A stretch of 54,085 nt of DNA from Kiritimatiellia bacterium (GTDB taxonomy: Bacteria > Verrucomicrobiota > Kiritimatiellia > SLOV01). Where the stretch lies: contig SLOV01000087.1 of assembly GCA_007132345.1 (NCBI GenBank), positions 1 through 54,085 on the forward strand. Reading direction: 5' to 3'. Both the position numbers and the translations under genes were made by a program. Below are positions 18,601 to 26,194 of the stretch, one piece after another. Each line of letters begins with the position of its first letter. The first letter of the stretch is position 1. The notes under the pieces are model-generated. The model did not search any database, was not told the DNA's origin, and saw only the letters and a list, made by a program, of their open reading frames with translations.

Positions 18601-21207
18601 GAGATCCGTTTCGCCGAGGCGGAACGGCTGGCCGGACGCAAAGGTGGTGTTGGTGAAACCAATCACATGAATGGAACCGGAAGCACCGCCGCTCTCCAGG
18701 TCATGGCACCGGTAAATCAGCGGCGTGCCGGGGCCAACACGGAAGCCGATGGCGTCCACGACACGGCCCGCAAAAGAATGCTCGGGCGGTGTGTTGTCGA
18801 TCAGAATACGGACCGTCTGCCGCGGTCCACGGTTCTCGATAGCGCCGACCTGGGTGAACGGCTCGAAGGTCAGGGTGTGCACGCCGTCGCTCAGGGCGGC
18901 GAGTTCCAGGAACAAGGCATTGACGTTCTCGCGTCGTGCGAACGAAGACATGGAGGGGTCGTTCCATGCATAATCCACGGAGCCGACCTTGTCGAAGATG
19001 GCCACGAAGGCTTTACCGGATTGGTTGCGCAGAATCCACTCGGGCGCCGGCCCGGCCCGGATCGCAAGCAGATCCGCGGTACGGTGGGGCAGCTTCTCGA
19101 AGAAGCCGGAGCGAATGGCGGGCCCGAAGCCCTGCCGCGCGGGCGCCTGGCGCACGATCTCGTTCGCGAAGCCGAGCATATCGGTGTTGACCACTTGCGG
19201 TGGGTCGCCCGCCATAACGATGGTGGCCTGTCGGATCATCTCCTTGGCGCCATTTGGCTGGAGCGACCGCCATTGCATGTAGACGGGCTCGTCGCCAAGA
19301 CCGACGGCAGAGAGAGCAGAGCCGAACGTATTGCTACTGCCGGGCGACATGGAGGCCCAGGGAGAGGGTTCAGCGTTGTCCGCGTATCGGGGTATAAAGC
19401 GATATTGGTGTGTAGACGCAGCCACTGCTATGGCGAACGTGCCTACATTGGTTGAGAAGTTGGCAGACTCGAAAGAAAAGAGGGTCACCGGGGTCACACG
19501 GTAGATGCGGTCAGCGTCGGAGACGGTTTCAATCGAGCCGCTCATGTGCATGGTTGTGGGCGGGGCAAGAAAGACCGACAACCAGTTCGTCGCGAGCAGC
19601 GGCATTTCCATGATCATTCCGCCATGGTCCAGCGTGGGAAAGACGCCGTGGAGGGTGTAGCGCGGCCCAAACGCGTCCGTTTGCGTCAGGATCGCCGCGC
19701 TTTCGTAGGCAACGTAGGTGTCGTTGCTGGTTCCCACGAGAGAGCCGACGTCGTAGATCAAGGAAGGAGTTGCGGCTACTGCGGCATAGGATTGCGGCGG
19801 CCAGAGCGCCGTGCGCGCCAGGCTGAAGAGCGGCGAGGAGAGCCCGATGTTGACGAACTGGGCCTGGTTCGTGCTGTTGGGAAAGGCCCCGAGGAAATTC
19901 GCGCCTTCTTCCGGGGGCAGATCTTCGCGTGCCGTTGGAAAGCTGGGGATGCCCATGGCCGCCGTCATCACCGGCCGCACGGTGTTTAAGAGGCCGGCCA
20001 GGCCAATGCCGGCCCTTCCCGCCGTCGTGGTCGGCGGGGCGGTGGCGAGGGTCGCAAGAATGGCTGCCTCCGTTTCGAAAACGTTCAGCAGATCGATCTG
20101 GTTCCGGATGTTTGGATCGTTCGCCTCGATGGCGTCCCAATCCGCACCAAACGCCGCGCCCATGGCCCGCAGAAGCGCGCGAACATGATCGCCCAGACGC
20201 GGATTCGGCAGGTCGAACGTGAAGAACAACTCGTCCCACGTCTGCGCCAGCCAGGGATTGGCAAGATGGCTCCGAAGGAAGACAGGCGGGTCGTAAAGCA
20301 TCTTGAGCAGTTCGGTCAACGAAGAACCAGCAAAGGGAGGCGCGTTGTAGACCACATTGGCGACATACTCCGCATCTTCCCGGCTGGCCTCCTCGGCCAT
20401 AGCCAGCATGGCGCGCGTGGTCAACGACCCCTTGCTGTGGGTCACGATATTCACTTGTCGATAGTCGCCAAGTCTTTCACCGGATTCGCGCTCATCGCGC
20501 AGTAAATCGAGGAAGTTGATTGCCTGATCCTCTACGGTGCCACTGTCGTTGTAGGTATTGCGATTCGCCGTCGCGATCAGGTAGAAGGCTTTGCGCCCCG
20601 ATTGCACTACATCGACCGGAGGCGGGAGCGCCCAGACCGTCCATGGCAGCGTGAGTACCGCCTCGAAAGGCGCATAGGCAGGCGTGACGACGTCCATGAT
20701 GGGCGTGGCCAAAACGTCCATGAAGCTGGGGCGCGCCCGATTGTGCAAAGCGAGCGTACCTCCAATCCAGTCCGTCTCCCGTTTCATCTGCGCTTCATCG
20801 GCGAGCCAGGCGAATCCCTCCTCAGCGGTGGCATAGGGGTCGGCGTATTCGTTCGGTGAAGCGGCCGACCATTGCACGGCGTAGCTTTCGATGCCGTAAT
20901 GCGCCAGCCAGCGGCTGGGCGTGTTGGTATTGTTCTGGTAGCGACTGCGCGCTTGACTCAAGAGGAGCCACCACGGTTCGATTTCCCCAGTGCCCCATGC
21001 CGCGCCATCGTCGTTGAACCCGTGGGCGTACAGCACGGCCATCTGGGCCGGTCCGTCCGGCGGCACCGATTTCGTTGCGCTCTGCCCGAAGGCCGAGCCC
21101 CCACTCCAGACCAAAGTCCCCGCAAGAATCGATACAACTGTCCAGAGCCCCGCGTTTCTCGTTACGTTCTGCATCATCTGCCCCCCCTGCATGATCCGCA
21201 TTCCCAC
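15676..21207 (-). CDS. Giant secreted multidomain protein: N-terminal alpha/beta-hydrolase (lipase-like), PD40/TolB-like beta-propeller repeats, two cadherin/Ig-like domains, unknown C-terminal domain
   Basis: 1843 aa with a signal peptide. VTHSKGS nucleophile-elbow-like motif. Repeated ISGDGRY(V/L) and FxS...NLV PD40-type motifs. Tandem 'TFTF.VTD..G...A...V.V.P.N..P' domains near the C-terminus. Confidence 0.7.
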   Translation of the reverse strand: MGMRIMQGGQMMQNVTRNAGLWTVVSILAGTLVWSGGSAFGQSATKSVPPDGPAQMAVLYAHGFNDDGAAWGTGEIEPWWLLLSQARSRYQNNTNTPSRWLAHYGIESYAVQWSAASPNEYADPYATAEEGFAWLADEAQMKRETDWIGGTLALHNRARPSFMDVLATPIMDVVTPAYAPFEAVLTLPWTVWALPPPVDVVQSGRKAFYLIATANRNTYNDSGTVEDQAINFLDLLRDERESGERLGDYRQVNIVTHSKGSLTTRAMLAMAEEASREDAEYVANVVYNAPPFAGSSLTELLKMLYDPPVFLRSHLANPWLAQTWDELFFTFDLPNPRLGDHVRALLRAMGAAFGADWDAIEANDPNIRNQIDLLNVFETEAAILATLATAPPTTTAGRAGIGLAGLLNTVRPVMTAAMGIPSFPTAREDLPPEEGANFLGAFPNSTNQAQFVNIGLSSPLFSLARTALWPPQSYAAVAATPSLIYDVGSLVGTSNDTYVAYESAAILTQTDAFGPRYTLHGVFPTLDHGGMIMEMPLLATNWLSVFLAPPTTMHMSGSIETVSDADRIYRVTPVTLFSFESANFSTNVGTFAIAVAASTHQYRFIPRYADNAEPSPWASMSPGSSNTFGSALSAVGLGDEPVYMQWRSLQPNGAKEMIRQATIVMAGDPPQVVNTDMLGFANEIVRQAPARQGFGPAIRSGFFEKLPHRTADLLAIRAGPAPEWILRNQSGKAFVAIFDKVGSVDYAWNDPSMSSFARRENVNALFLELAALSDGVHTLTFEPFTQVGAIENRGPRQTVRILIDNTPPEHSFAGRVVDAIGFRVGPGTPLIYRCHDLESGGASGSIHVIGFTNTTFASGQPFRLGETDLIDQIKSAPGGSALVGGFITFQAAATDRVGNVSTTNFQAYFDFTPPTLTNLTAVGGLPVDGGFRVFTNVVDLRVDVRDPNTSEYSAPLASFVNADTDEAGTSDPFVFDQTVGAFARYTGSVAIALGTNVLQVGSEDVYGNLAVAPLLLIYDRPDAFDTLPLTVLSPRIDDVTSDFYDEEGNPTNITVGAIQSVASSWDGSRFVFQSSGNAFVPGDSNQRADIFLSEGGRIRRVNTGPNGEQALGGDSQNPAISGDGRYVYFRSRATNLVAGTTTWNLYVKEVDTGRIAVISRHFNGNPINRATNTGLNMAPTHNGRYVFFDSPAASYVNGLTLGNNSRDIYMVDLDPDGNGDYFDDNYVTYAISTVTPTLTGNDLSRSPSISGDGRYLVFITQATDLHPDLAATGSTRHGMMMKFPGNSEAGTLHVGLTNRLMYVVNRESLAGGAVLAEGIEDIAVAPDGDTAVFRSRGNVNFTGDTNLTSTGMDVYTSIGERFGTASISNRIISWQSRGVGNTQSSVPAVNGWGQLTVSADLRPAAFHNNKIAWVSEHNNLISGDNNSVADLFLGTAGTLGVMSLNPPSPNWIASNIVSGAAVLDGGLTPCGRYAWWVSQQEYVAPYSPTGRQHLYLRRIDPPITNELNLTQSGEGTILSMPLGNVAPTGTTEYLDTDRLLFAAAPATGWRFTEWQGADRVEEGVAEVSMVTNRSLQATFVAAVPPTVAPLTITTLQNQASAPVAPVITDPDPDEQHTLSIVGPPAKGTVQILGDAFVYTPNPNTHGDDTFTFQVTDAYGLTLAAPATADVVVLPVNTPPSVSSLTLDIFESAQAGPFMPDVIDPDEGDAFTLSIVTQPTHGAAAADANGLYYTPDAGFTGSDSFTFRVTDLAGDSATAQVLVNVIPLPVIAGVDLQIGPGIFGFGVSNLPPNIGYTVEFNTNLVTGIWAPVPPTNQWPAIEGTFEDLPVEPWKTYRLRFEALP

Positions 21208-21420
21208 ATCGGTCAGCCCGCGAATCCCCCCGACCGATGATCATTGCGGGAATACTGGCGCAAAGCGGCCCACACATGCAAGTGTTTTGATGTCTATTGA
21301 TGTCAACATATTTCTGAATTCTGCAGGGATTCCACTTTTTCGCCGGCCACACCTCCCTGAACACAACGAGTCACGCAATCCCTTTGACACTCTTCCGTCG
21401 CCCCGTTAGGATTACGGCTG

Positions 21421-21585
21421 ATGGAACTGACTCCACGCCAACCGAATCCGCCCCCGCCCCCCAGGCAACGCACGACCGTGACCCGCCGCGCCGTTCTGCG
21501 CATCGGTGCCATGGTGGGCCTGGCTTTGCCACTGATCGTAACGCTGGCCCCCACAGAGGCCAAGGCGCAGGCGACCGGATCCTAG
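21421..21585 (+). CDS. Candidate small peptide (54 aa; below the ORF-track cutoff), Tat-signal-like with a C-terminal Ser
   Basis: MELTPRQPNPPPPPRQRTTVTRRAVLRIGAMVGLALPLIVTLAPTEAKAQATGS. AGGA lies about 10 nt upstream. The third codon position is mostly G/C. It ends 67 nt before the kinase-like gene on the same strand. Confidence 0.35.
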   Translation: MELTPRQPNPPPPPRQRTTVTRRAVLRIGAMVGLALPLIVTLAPTEAKAQATGS

Positions 21586-21652
21586 AACCCTCTATCGAGC
21601 CGGAGGAGCGCTGAACCCGCACTGTTGGCTTCTCGGCCCCGATTTCAAAGTC

Positions 21653-22456
21653 GTGGCCCCTCCCTCCTCGCCGCTTGCGGAGGCTATGGATACGGTCTTT
21701 GGTCTCTTCCGCGTGGAACCCGATGCCGCACCCGACGCAACACACCTTCATCTCGACATCCGCCAGACCCACGACGACTCCGGTTGGACCTTTACCGCCT
21801 TCGAACAGCCCATCTACTCGATTCAACACGAGCGTCAGATCGTTCCTGCCACCGAAAGCCTCGTGACCCATCTCTTCACCCGCCTGCAGCGATCCCTCTT
21901 CGTCCTGCATACCGGCCTGGTCGAATGGAATGGGCACGGCATCCTCATTCCCGGCGAACGCGGCAGCGGCAAGTCCACGCTCACCCTCTGGTTGGCCCGC
22001 AACGGCGCCCGCTACTTCGGCGACGACCTGATCCTCTTCGATTTTCAGGCGGAGCGCGTCATCGCCTTCCCCAAAGCCGCAACTCTCAAGCAGGGCTCCT
22101 TCCCGTGCTACGAGGAAGCGCCAACTTATGAGGACCCCGTCCGCGGCCCCGTTCGCTACTTCCTCCCCGAATCCGCCGGCCTTCACGACATGCCGCTTGC
22201 CAATTTGAAGCTCATCGTCTTTCCCCAATACATCGCCGTCGGCGCCAAGCCTTCTCATGAACTCTCCGAAGGCTGGAGCGCCCTTGCCCTCGTGCAGCAG
22301 CTCTTCGGTGGCTTCGACTGGGACGACCGCGGACTCTCCCTCATTGCCCGCCTCTCGAAAATCCCCGCGCGCGTCCTGCCCTACTCGGATCTGCACCAAG
22401 CACAACGGCAAATCACAGAAGCCCTTGAAACGGAGGCGCCGCATGCGCTCTCCTGA
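21653..22456 (+). CDS. HPr kinase/phosphorylase C-terminal-like P-loop protein (HprK-related)
   Basis: HGILIPGERGSGKSTLTLWLARNGARYFGDDL matches the HprK C-domain P-loop plus DD. GTG 21653 and the alternative ATG 21686 both have poor SD spacing. Confidence 0.65.
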   Translation: MAPPSSPLAEAMDTVFGLFRVEPDAAPDATHLHLDIRQTHDDSGWTFTAFEQPIYSIQHERQIVPATESLVTHLFTRLQRSLFVLHTGLVEWNGHGILIPGERGSGKSTLTLWLARNGARYFGDDLILFDFQAERVIAFPKAATLKQGSFPCYEEAPTYEDPVRGPVRYFLPESAGLHDMPLANLKLIVFPQYIAVGAKPSHELSEGWSALALVQQLFGGFDWDDRGLSLIARLSKIPARVLPYSDLHQAQRQITEALETEAPHALS

Positions 22457-23744
22457 ACTCGTCTTCCTTTTGCAGAGCCTCACAAACGTGATGAACGGGA
22501 AAGACCCCGCTCCCTCGCAGAATGCCACCCTCGATTCTGAGCGACTGATCGCGCTGCTTGAAGAGCATCAACTGACCCCTCTTCTGGCGCGGCACTGGTG
22601 CCGGAACCCTGCCGGACGTCCGACGCTCCGCTATGAGCAACAACACGAACTGGAATTGGCCTACTTCCAATCCGGCCGCCAGGCGGTGTTGCGGCAGACA
22701 GTTGTCGAAAATGCCCTTCACCTGCTGCAGAAGAAACTGGACCCCGTCTTTCTCAAAGGCTTCGCAATCCTTCCCCTGCTTTATCGGGAGGCCGCCGAGC
22801 GACCCATGCGCGATGTGGACCTCCTCTTAAAATCCGCGGCCGATCAGCAGCGGGCGCGCGACGTCTTGCTGAAGGCGGGTTTCACTGCCTCTCTGCCCGA
22901 ACCAGAGCATCACCACCTCGCGCCCCTGCACGATCCGAGCGGACGGATCGGTTTCGAGTTACACCACAATCTCGCCACGCCGCCGCTGCCGGATTCATTC
23001 CTCGCAACGCTCTTGAACCGGCGCATCCACGATTCGCGCGGGCTCTACACGCTGGACCCTGTCGGCCTCTTCCTGCACCACGCCCTGCATGCCATCATGG
23101 ACCCCATCGATTCGCCCTTCCTTCGGGACCTCTTTGAGGTCGGTGCCCTTGCCGCGCGCCTCACCCCCGAACAGCAGCGCGAGGCCGACGAACTGGCAAG
23201 GGCCGGGGGCATCCACACGGTCGTGAGCCGGTCACTGCGGCTGGCGCACAACTGCTTCGGCACCCCGCTCTTTCTCGATGCCCCGCCGCCAGGCCCTTAC
23301 GAATCCTGGTGCGAACGAAGGCTGGAATGGACCGCACCCCCAAACCGGGCCGGGCGGCTGATGCGCCACCTCGCCCGCGAGCGATTCAATCGGCTTTGTG
23401 AACATCCCGACGAACGCAACCCGTTGCCCTGGCTGCTCACCTGCGGTGCCGGGCTCGGTCGCCGCGCGTTATCTCCCCTGGCGCACCTGATGAACCTGCC
23501 CCATCGGCGCTACGTCCGCGCCCCGCACGCCTTCATGCCCATTGGCCCGAACACCCTGATTCACGACGCATCTACCGGCGAGGTCCACATGCTCAACGAC
23601 ATCACCACGCAGGTCTGGCAAGCGGCCGACGTGCCACAGACCCGCGCCGAACTCATGCGTCGGCTGGCCGGTCGCCTCTCCGTCACCGACGCCCGCGCCG
23701 CACTCACGGCTCTACGCAAAGCCGCGCTACTGCTCGAATCGTGA
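22443..23744 (+). CDS. Nucleotidyltransferase family protein (PF14907-like) fused to a C-terminal PqqD-like domain
   Basis: Start at ATG 22443, overlapping the upstream gene by 14 nt. FLKGFAILPLLYREAAERPMRDVDLLL is the NTP_transf_5 signature. The C-terminal LIHDASTGEVHMLNDITTQVWQ...RAELMRRLA...ALTALRKAALL is PqqD/RRE-like. Confidence 0.65.
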   Translation: MRSPELVFLLQSLTNVMNGKDPAPSQNATLDSERLIALLEEHQLTPLLARHWCRNPAGRPTLRYEQQHELELAYFQSGRQAVLRQTVVENALHLLQKKLDPVFLKGFAILPLLYREAAERPMRDVDLLLKSAADQQRARDVLLKAGFTASLPEPEHHHLAPLHDPSGRIGFELHHNLATPPLPDSFLATLLNRRIHDSRGLYTLDPVGLFLHHALHAIMDPIDSPFLRDLFEVGALAARLTPEQQREADELARAGGIHTVVSRSLRLAHNCFGTPLFLDAPPPGPYESWCERRLEWTAPPNRAGRLMRHLARERFNRLCEHPDERNPLPWLLTCGAGLGRRALSPLAHLMNLPHRRYVRAPHAFMPIGPNTLIHDASTGEVHMLNDITTQVWQAADVPQTRAELMRRLAGRLSVTDARAALTALRKAALLLES

Positions 23745-23839
23745 CAACGCCCTGCTTGAGAATAGGAATGGAGGATGGGCATGTCGCGCAGCGACTGCCC
23801 GTCACCCAGAGCCCATCCGAACTCGCTTGTGGCCAGTCT

Positions 23840-23866
23840 TCCGGCTCGGGAAGCCGAGCCGCTCCG
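23840..23866. repeat. REP-like GC hairpin (copy 2)
   Basis: tccggctcgggaagccgagccgctccg, 26/27 identical to 12204-12230. Confidence 0.6.
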
Positions 23867-24035
23867 GCCATCAACTCCATAGATTCACCCGACACCCGCC
23901 TGCCCTTAGGCCTGTCCGCCATAGCGCCGCGCGACGGCGGAAGCCTTTGGCGAAGCAGCCCCCGTGAACCCGCCCTCATCCACCCCATTCCCCTTCACAC
24001 TTGCCCCGGCACAGATCGGCGCATAGGGTAACGCA

Positions 24036-25550
24036 ATGAAAATCACAAAAACCCTCTGCATTCTCCTCACCCTTTTCTCATGCGGCCACGCAGCCGCCGA
24101 AACGCCCTTGAGCATCGGTGAGCGTCGACCGCCGCTCCATCCGGAGGGGATCGTTCGCTTTCTGGACGAGCCCGAGGCGGAATCCGTCCTCATTCGTCAC
24201 TCCGGTACCGATTGGCAGCGCGACCACGAGATGCGTAAAGTCGATGGGGTATGGGAAATAGACTTGGACACCCTCAAATGGAGCACGGGCAGCTACGAGT
24301 TCAAATTCCTCCCAGACGGCGAATGGGAAGCGGGCCGGAACCGTTTTGCCTACGTTGACCGGCAAGGCGCGCTGGCGCGCCCTCCAGCGGTCTATCTGAC
24401 CTGGCAGCGCGACCCGTCCACCACCATGACCGTGCACTGGCACTCGGCGGATGCAAAAGAGCCCTCCGTCATCCTGGTGCGGGCCCCGGATGAAGACGAA
24501 TGGCGTAGCGTCTCTGGCACGAGCGAACCGTTTCCCGACACCGATCTGTCGATCCACACCGTCGAAATAGAGGACCTTGCACCGGACACCACCTACGAAT
24601 TCCGGCGCGAGGCCAACGAAACGACCTACCGTTTTCGCACCCTCCCCGACACCCTGGAGCGACCCGTCCGTTTTGTGAATGGCGGGGACGTCTACCTCAA
24701 CGGGGAGTGGATGGACCAGATGAACGCCTTAGCGGGCACGCTCGACCCCGATTTCGTCGTCATCGGCGGCGACCTGGCCTATGCGGACGGACGTGCGGAC
24801 CTGGTCTGGCGGTGGCTCCGCTACTTTGCCTCGTTTTATGACCACCTCCGCGCGCCGGACGGCCGCATGATTCCGACCGTTGTGACGATCGGCAATCACG
24901 AGGTCACCCGCCATTTCCTACCCGATCACGACGACTACGAGCCCGGCGACGCCTGGCGGCTGCGCGTCTCGCCCTACTTCTACCGGCTCTTCGCCATGCC
25001 CGGCCAGCCGGGTTATGCCGCGCTGGACGTGGGCGATTATCTCTCCCTGATCCTGCTCGACACCCTGCACACGAACCCGATCGACGGCGATCAACGTGCC
25101 TGGCTGGAAAAGACCCTGGCCACACGGCGGCAGGTCACGCATCTCTTCCCCGTCTACCACGTGCCGGCCTATCCCTCGGTACGTGATTTCGACGACTTGC
25201 CCAACCGGCTGATTCGCGAGCATTGGATCCCCCTCTTCGAGGAGGCCGGGATACGCCTCGCGTTCGAGCATCACGACCATGCCTTCAAGGTCACGCACCC
25301 CCTGCGGGGCGGCGAGCGTCACCCGGACGGCATCGTCTTCGTGGGCGACGGCGCGTGGGGCGTGTATCTGCGCACGCCCGCCACACCCGAGGAGCGCGAC
25401 TACCTGCGCATCTCCGCCTCCGTTCATCACCTCTTCGAAGTCGTACTCGAACCCGAACGCCGTCACGTCCGCGCGCTGGACATCGATGGCAATGAGTTGG
25501 ATCGTTTCGAACAACCCGTTCAGGCTGAAGTCTTGCAGCCCGACCCCTGA
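24036..25550 (+). CDS. Secreted metallophosphoesterase (purple-acid-phosphatase-like) with an N-terminal beta-sandwich (CBM48/E-set-like) domain
   Basis: Signal peptide. Calcineurin-like motifs GGDLAYADG, GNHE and HHDHAF. The N-terminal segment WEIDL...GSYEFKFLPDGEW resembles glycogen-binding/E-set modules. Confidence 0.7.
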   Translation: MKITKTLCILLTLFSCGHAAAETPLSIGERRPPLHPEGIVRFLDEPEAESVLIRHSGTDWQRDHEMRKVDGVWEIDLDTLKWSTGSYEFKFLPDGEWEAGRNRFAYVDRQGALARPPAVYLTWQRDPSTTMTVHWHSADAKEPSVILVRAPDEDEWRSVSGTSEPFPDTDLSIHTVEIEDLAPDTTYEFRREANETTYRFRTLPDTLERPVRFVNGGDVYLNGEWMDQMNALAGTLDPDFVVIGGDLAYADGRADLVWRWLRYFASFYDHLRAPDGRMIPTVVTIGNHEVTRHFLPDHDDYEPGDAWRLRVSPYFYRLFAMPGQPGYAALDVGDYLSLILLDTLHTNPIDGDQRAWLEKTLATRRQVTHLFPVYHVPAYPSVRDFDDLPNRLIREHWIPLFEEAGIRLAFEHHDHAFKVTHPLRGGERHPDGIVFVGDGAWGVYLRTPATPEERDYLRISASVHHLFEVVLEPERRHVRALDIDGNELDRFEQPVQAEVLQPDP

Positions 25551-25558
25551 CCCACGGT

Positions 25559-25636
25559 ATGGAAGAAAAGTTCCATTCGATGGAACAAAACTTCCACACG
25601 ATGGAACCTATCTTCCACTTCATGCAAAACGCATGA
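25559..25636 (+). repeat. Three 21-bp-phased TGGAA-N6-TTCCA palindromes plus a fourth ATGC-N5-GCAT; also reads as a 25-codon heptad-repeat mini-ORF
   Basis: ATGGAAgaaaagTTCCAT (25559), ATGGAAcaaaacTTCCAC (25580), ATGGAAcctatcTTCCAC (25601), ATGCaaaacGCAT (25622). The translation is MEEKFHS MEQNFHT MEPIFHF MQNA followed by a stop. No clear SD. Confidence 0.8.
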
Positions 25637-25746
25637 CGTGAGCCCGGCCCATCAGAAGCAGACAGAGACCTCCATTCAGGTATTGCCTTTCACCCCCTCG
25701 ACAGCCACAGTTGCCAATACACAAGCGTTCTGCAAAGAGAATCACC

Positions 25747-26085
25747 ATGGACACTGCTGCAAGGGCCTTGGGACTAACGATCATATGTGCCGCTGTGGTC
25801 ATGATATTGATCAGCATTCCCCTACTGAAGCATAAGATTCCAATGAATCGCTGGTATGGCGCACGGTTCAAAAAGTCGTTCGAATCGGAAGCGAACTGGT
25901 ACAACATCAATGCGTACAGCGCGAAGCAGTTGATGCTATGGTCCATCCCGATCCTGATCATTGGCATTGTCACACTCTTTTTGCCCCTTGAGGGCAATAC
26001 GCGACTATTCACAGTAATCGCGTTTACACCCTTACTGGCATGCGTGCCATGCCTCACCAGCTATATCTATGCGAGGAAACTATAA
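25747..26085 (+). CDS. SdpI/YhfL-family membrane protein
   Basis: KIPMNRWYGARFKKSFESEANWYNINAYSAK is the SdpI-family motif between TM helices. I prefer ATG 25747 over the ORF-track TTG at 25711. Confidence 0.6.
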   Translation: MDTAARALGLTIICAAVVMILISIPLLKHKIPMNRWYGARFKKSFESEANWYNINAYSAKQLMLWSIPILIIGIVTLFLPLEGNTRLFTVIAFTPLLACVPCLTSYIYARKL

Positions 26086-26160
26086 GGAGAGATGCAGGCT
26101 TCTGTATGGACGGACAGAAAAGCGCCGATCGGGGCAGGCCCTCTCCCGCGCACGAGAGAC

Positions 26161-26194
26161 TTGACAACCATAATGGTTGAGGTATGGTTGATAT
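26161..26194 (+). promoter_or_regulatory. Putative vapBC promoter/operator
   Basis: TTGACA (26161-26166), N16, TATGGT (26183-26188). Palindrome ACCATAATGGT (26167-26177). Direct repeats ATGGTTGA at 26173 and 26184, 11 bp apart. There is no SD before ATG 26195. Confidence 0.4.

Noticed and set aside
21208-21420. Divergent promoter between the giant gene and the peptide ORF (TTGATGTC direct repeat; TTGACA on the minus strand near 21298)
   Set aside because: An AT-rich stretch with TTGATGTC-ta-TTGATGTC is visible. However, no acceptable -10 hexamer lies at 16-18 nt from the TTGACA, and promoter consensus for this lineage is unknown to me, so it is not called.
21421-23744. Canonical lasso-peptide biosynthetic cluster
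   Set aside because: No asparagine-synthetase-like cyclase and no adjacent transglutaminase-core leader peptidase are present. The candidate peptide has no Thr(-2)/Gly1 and no Asp/Glu at core positions 7-9. The transglutaminase-like gene at 28075 is 4 kb away, has the Bact_transglu_N architecture, and is separated by unrelated genes. The locus is kept only as an orphan tailoring-type cassette.
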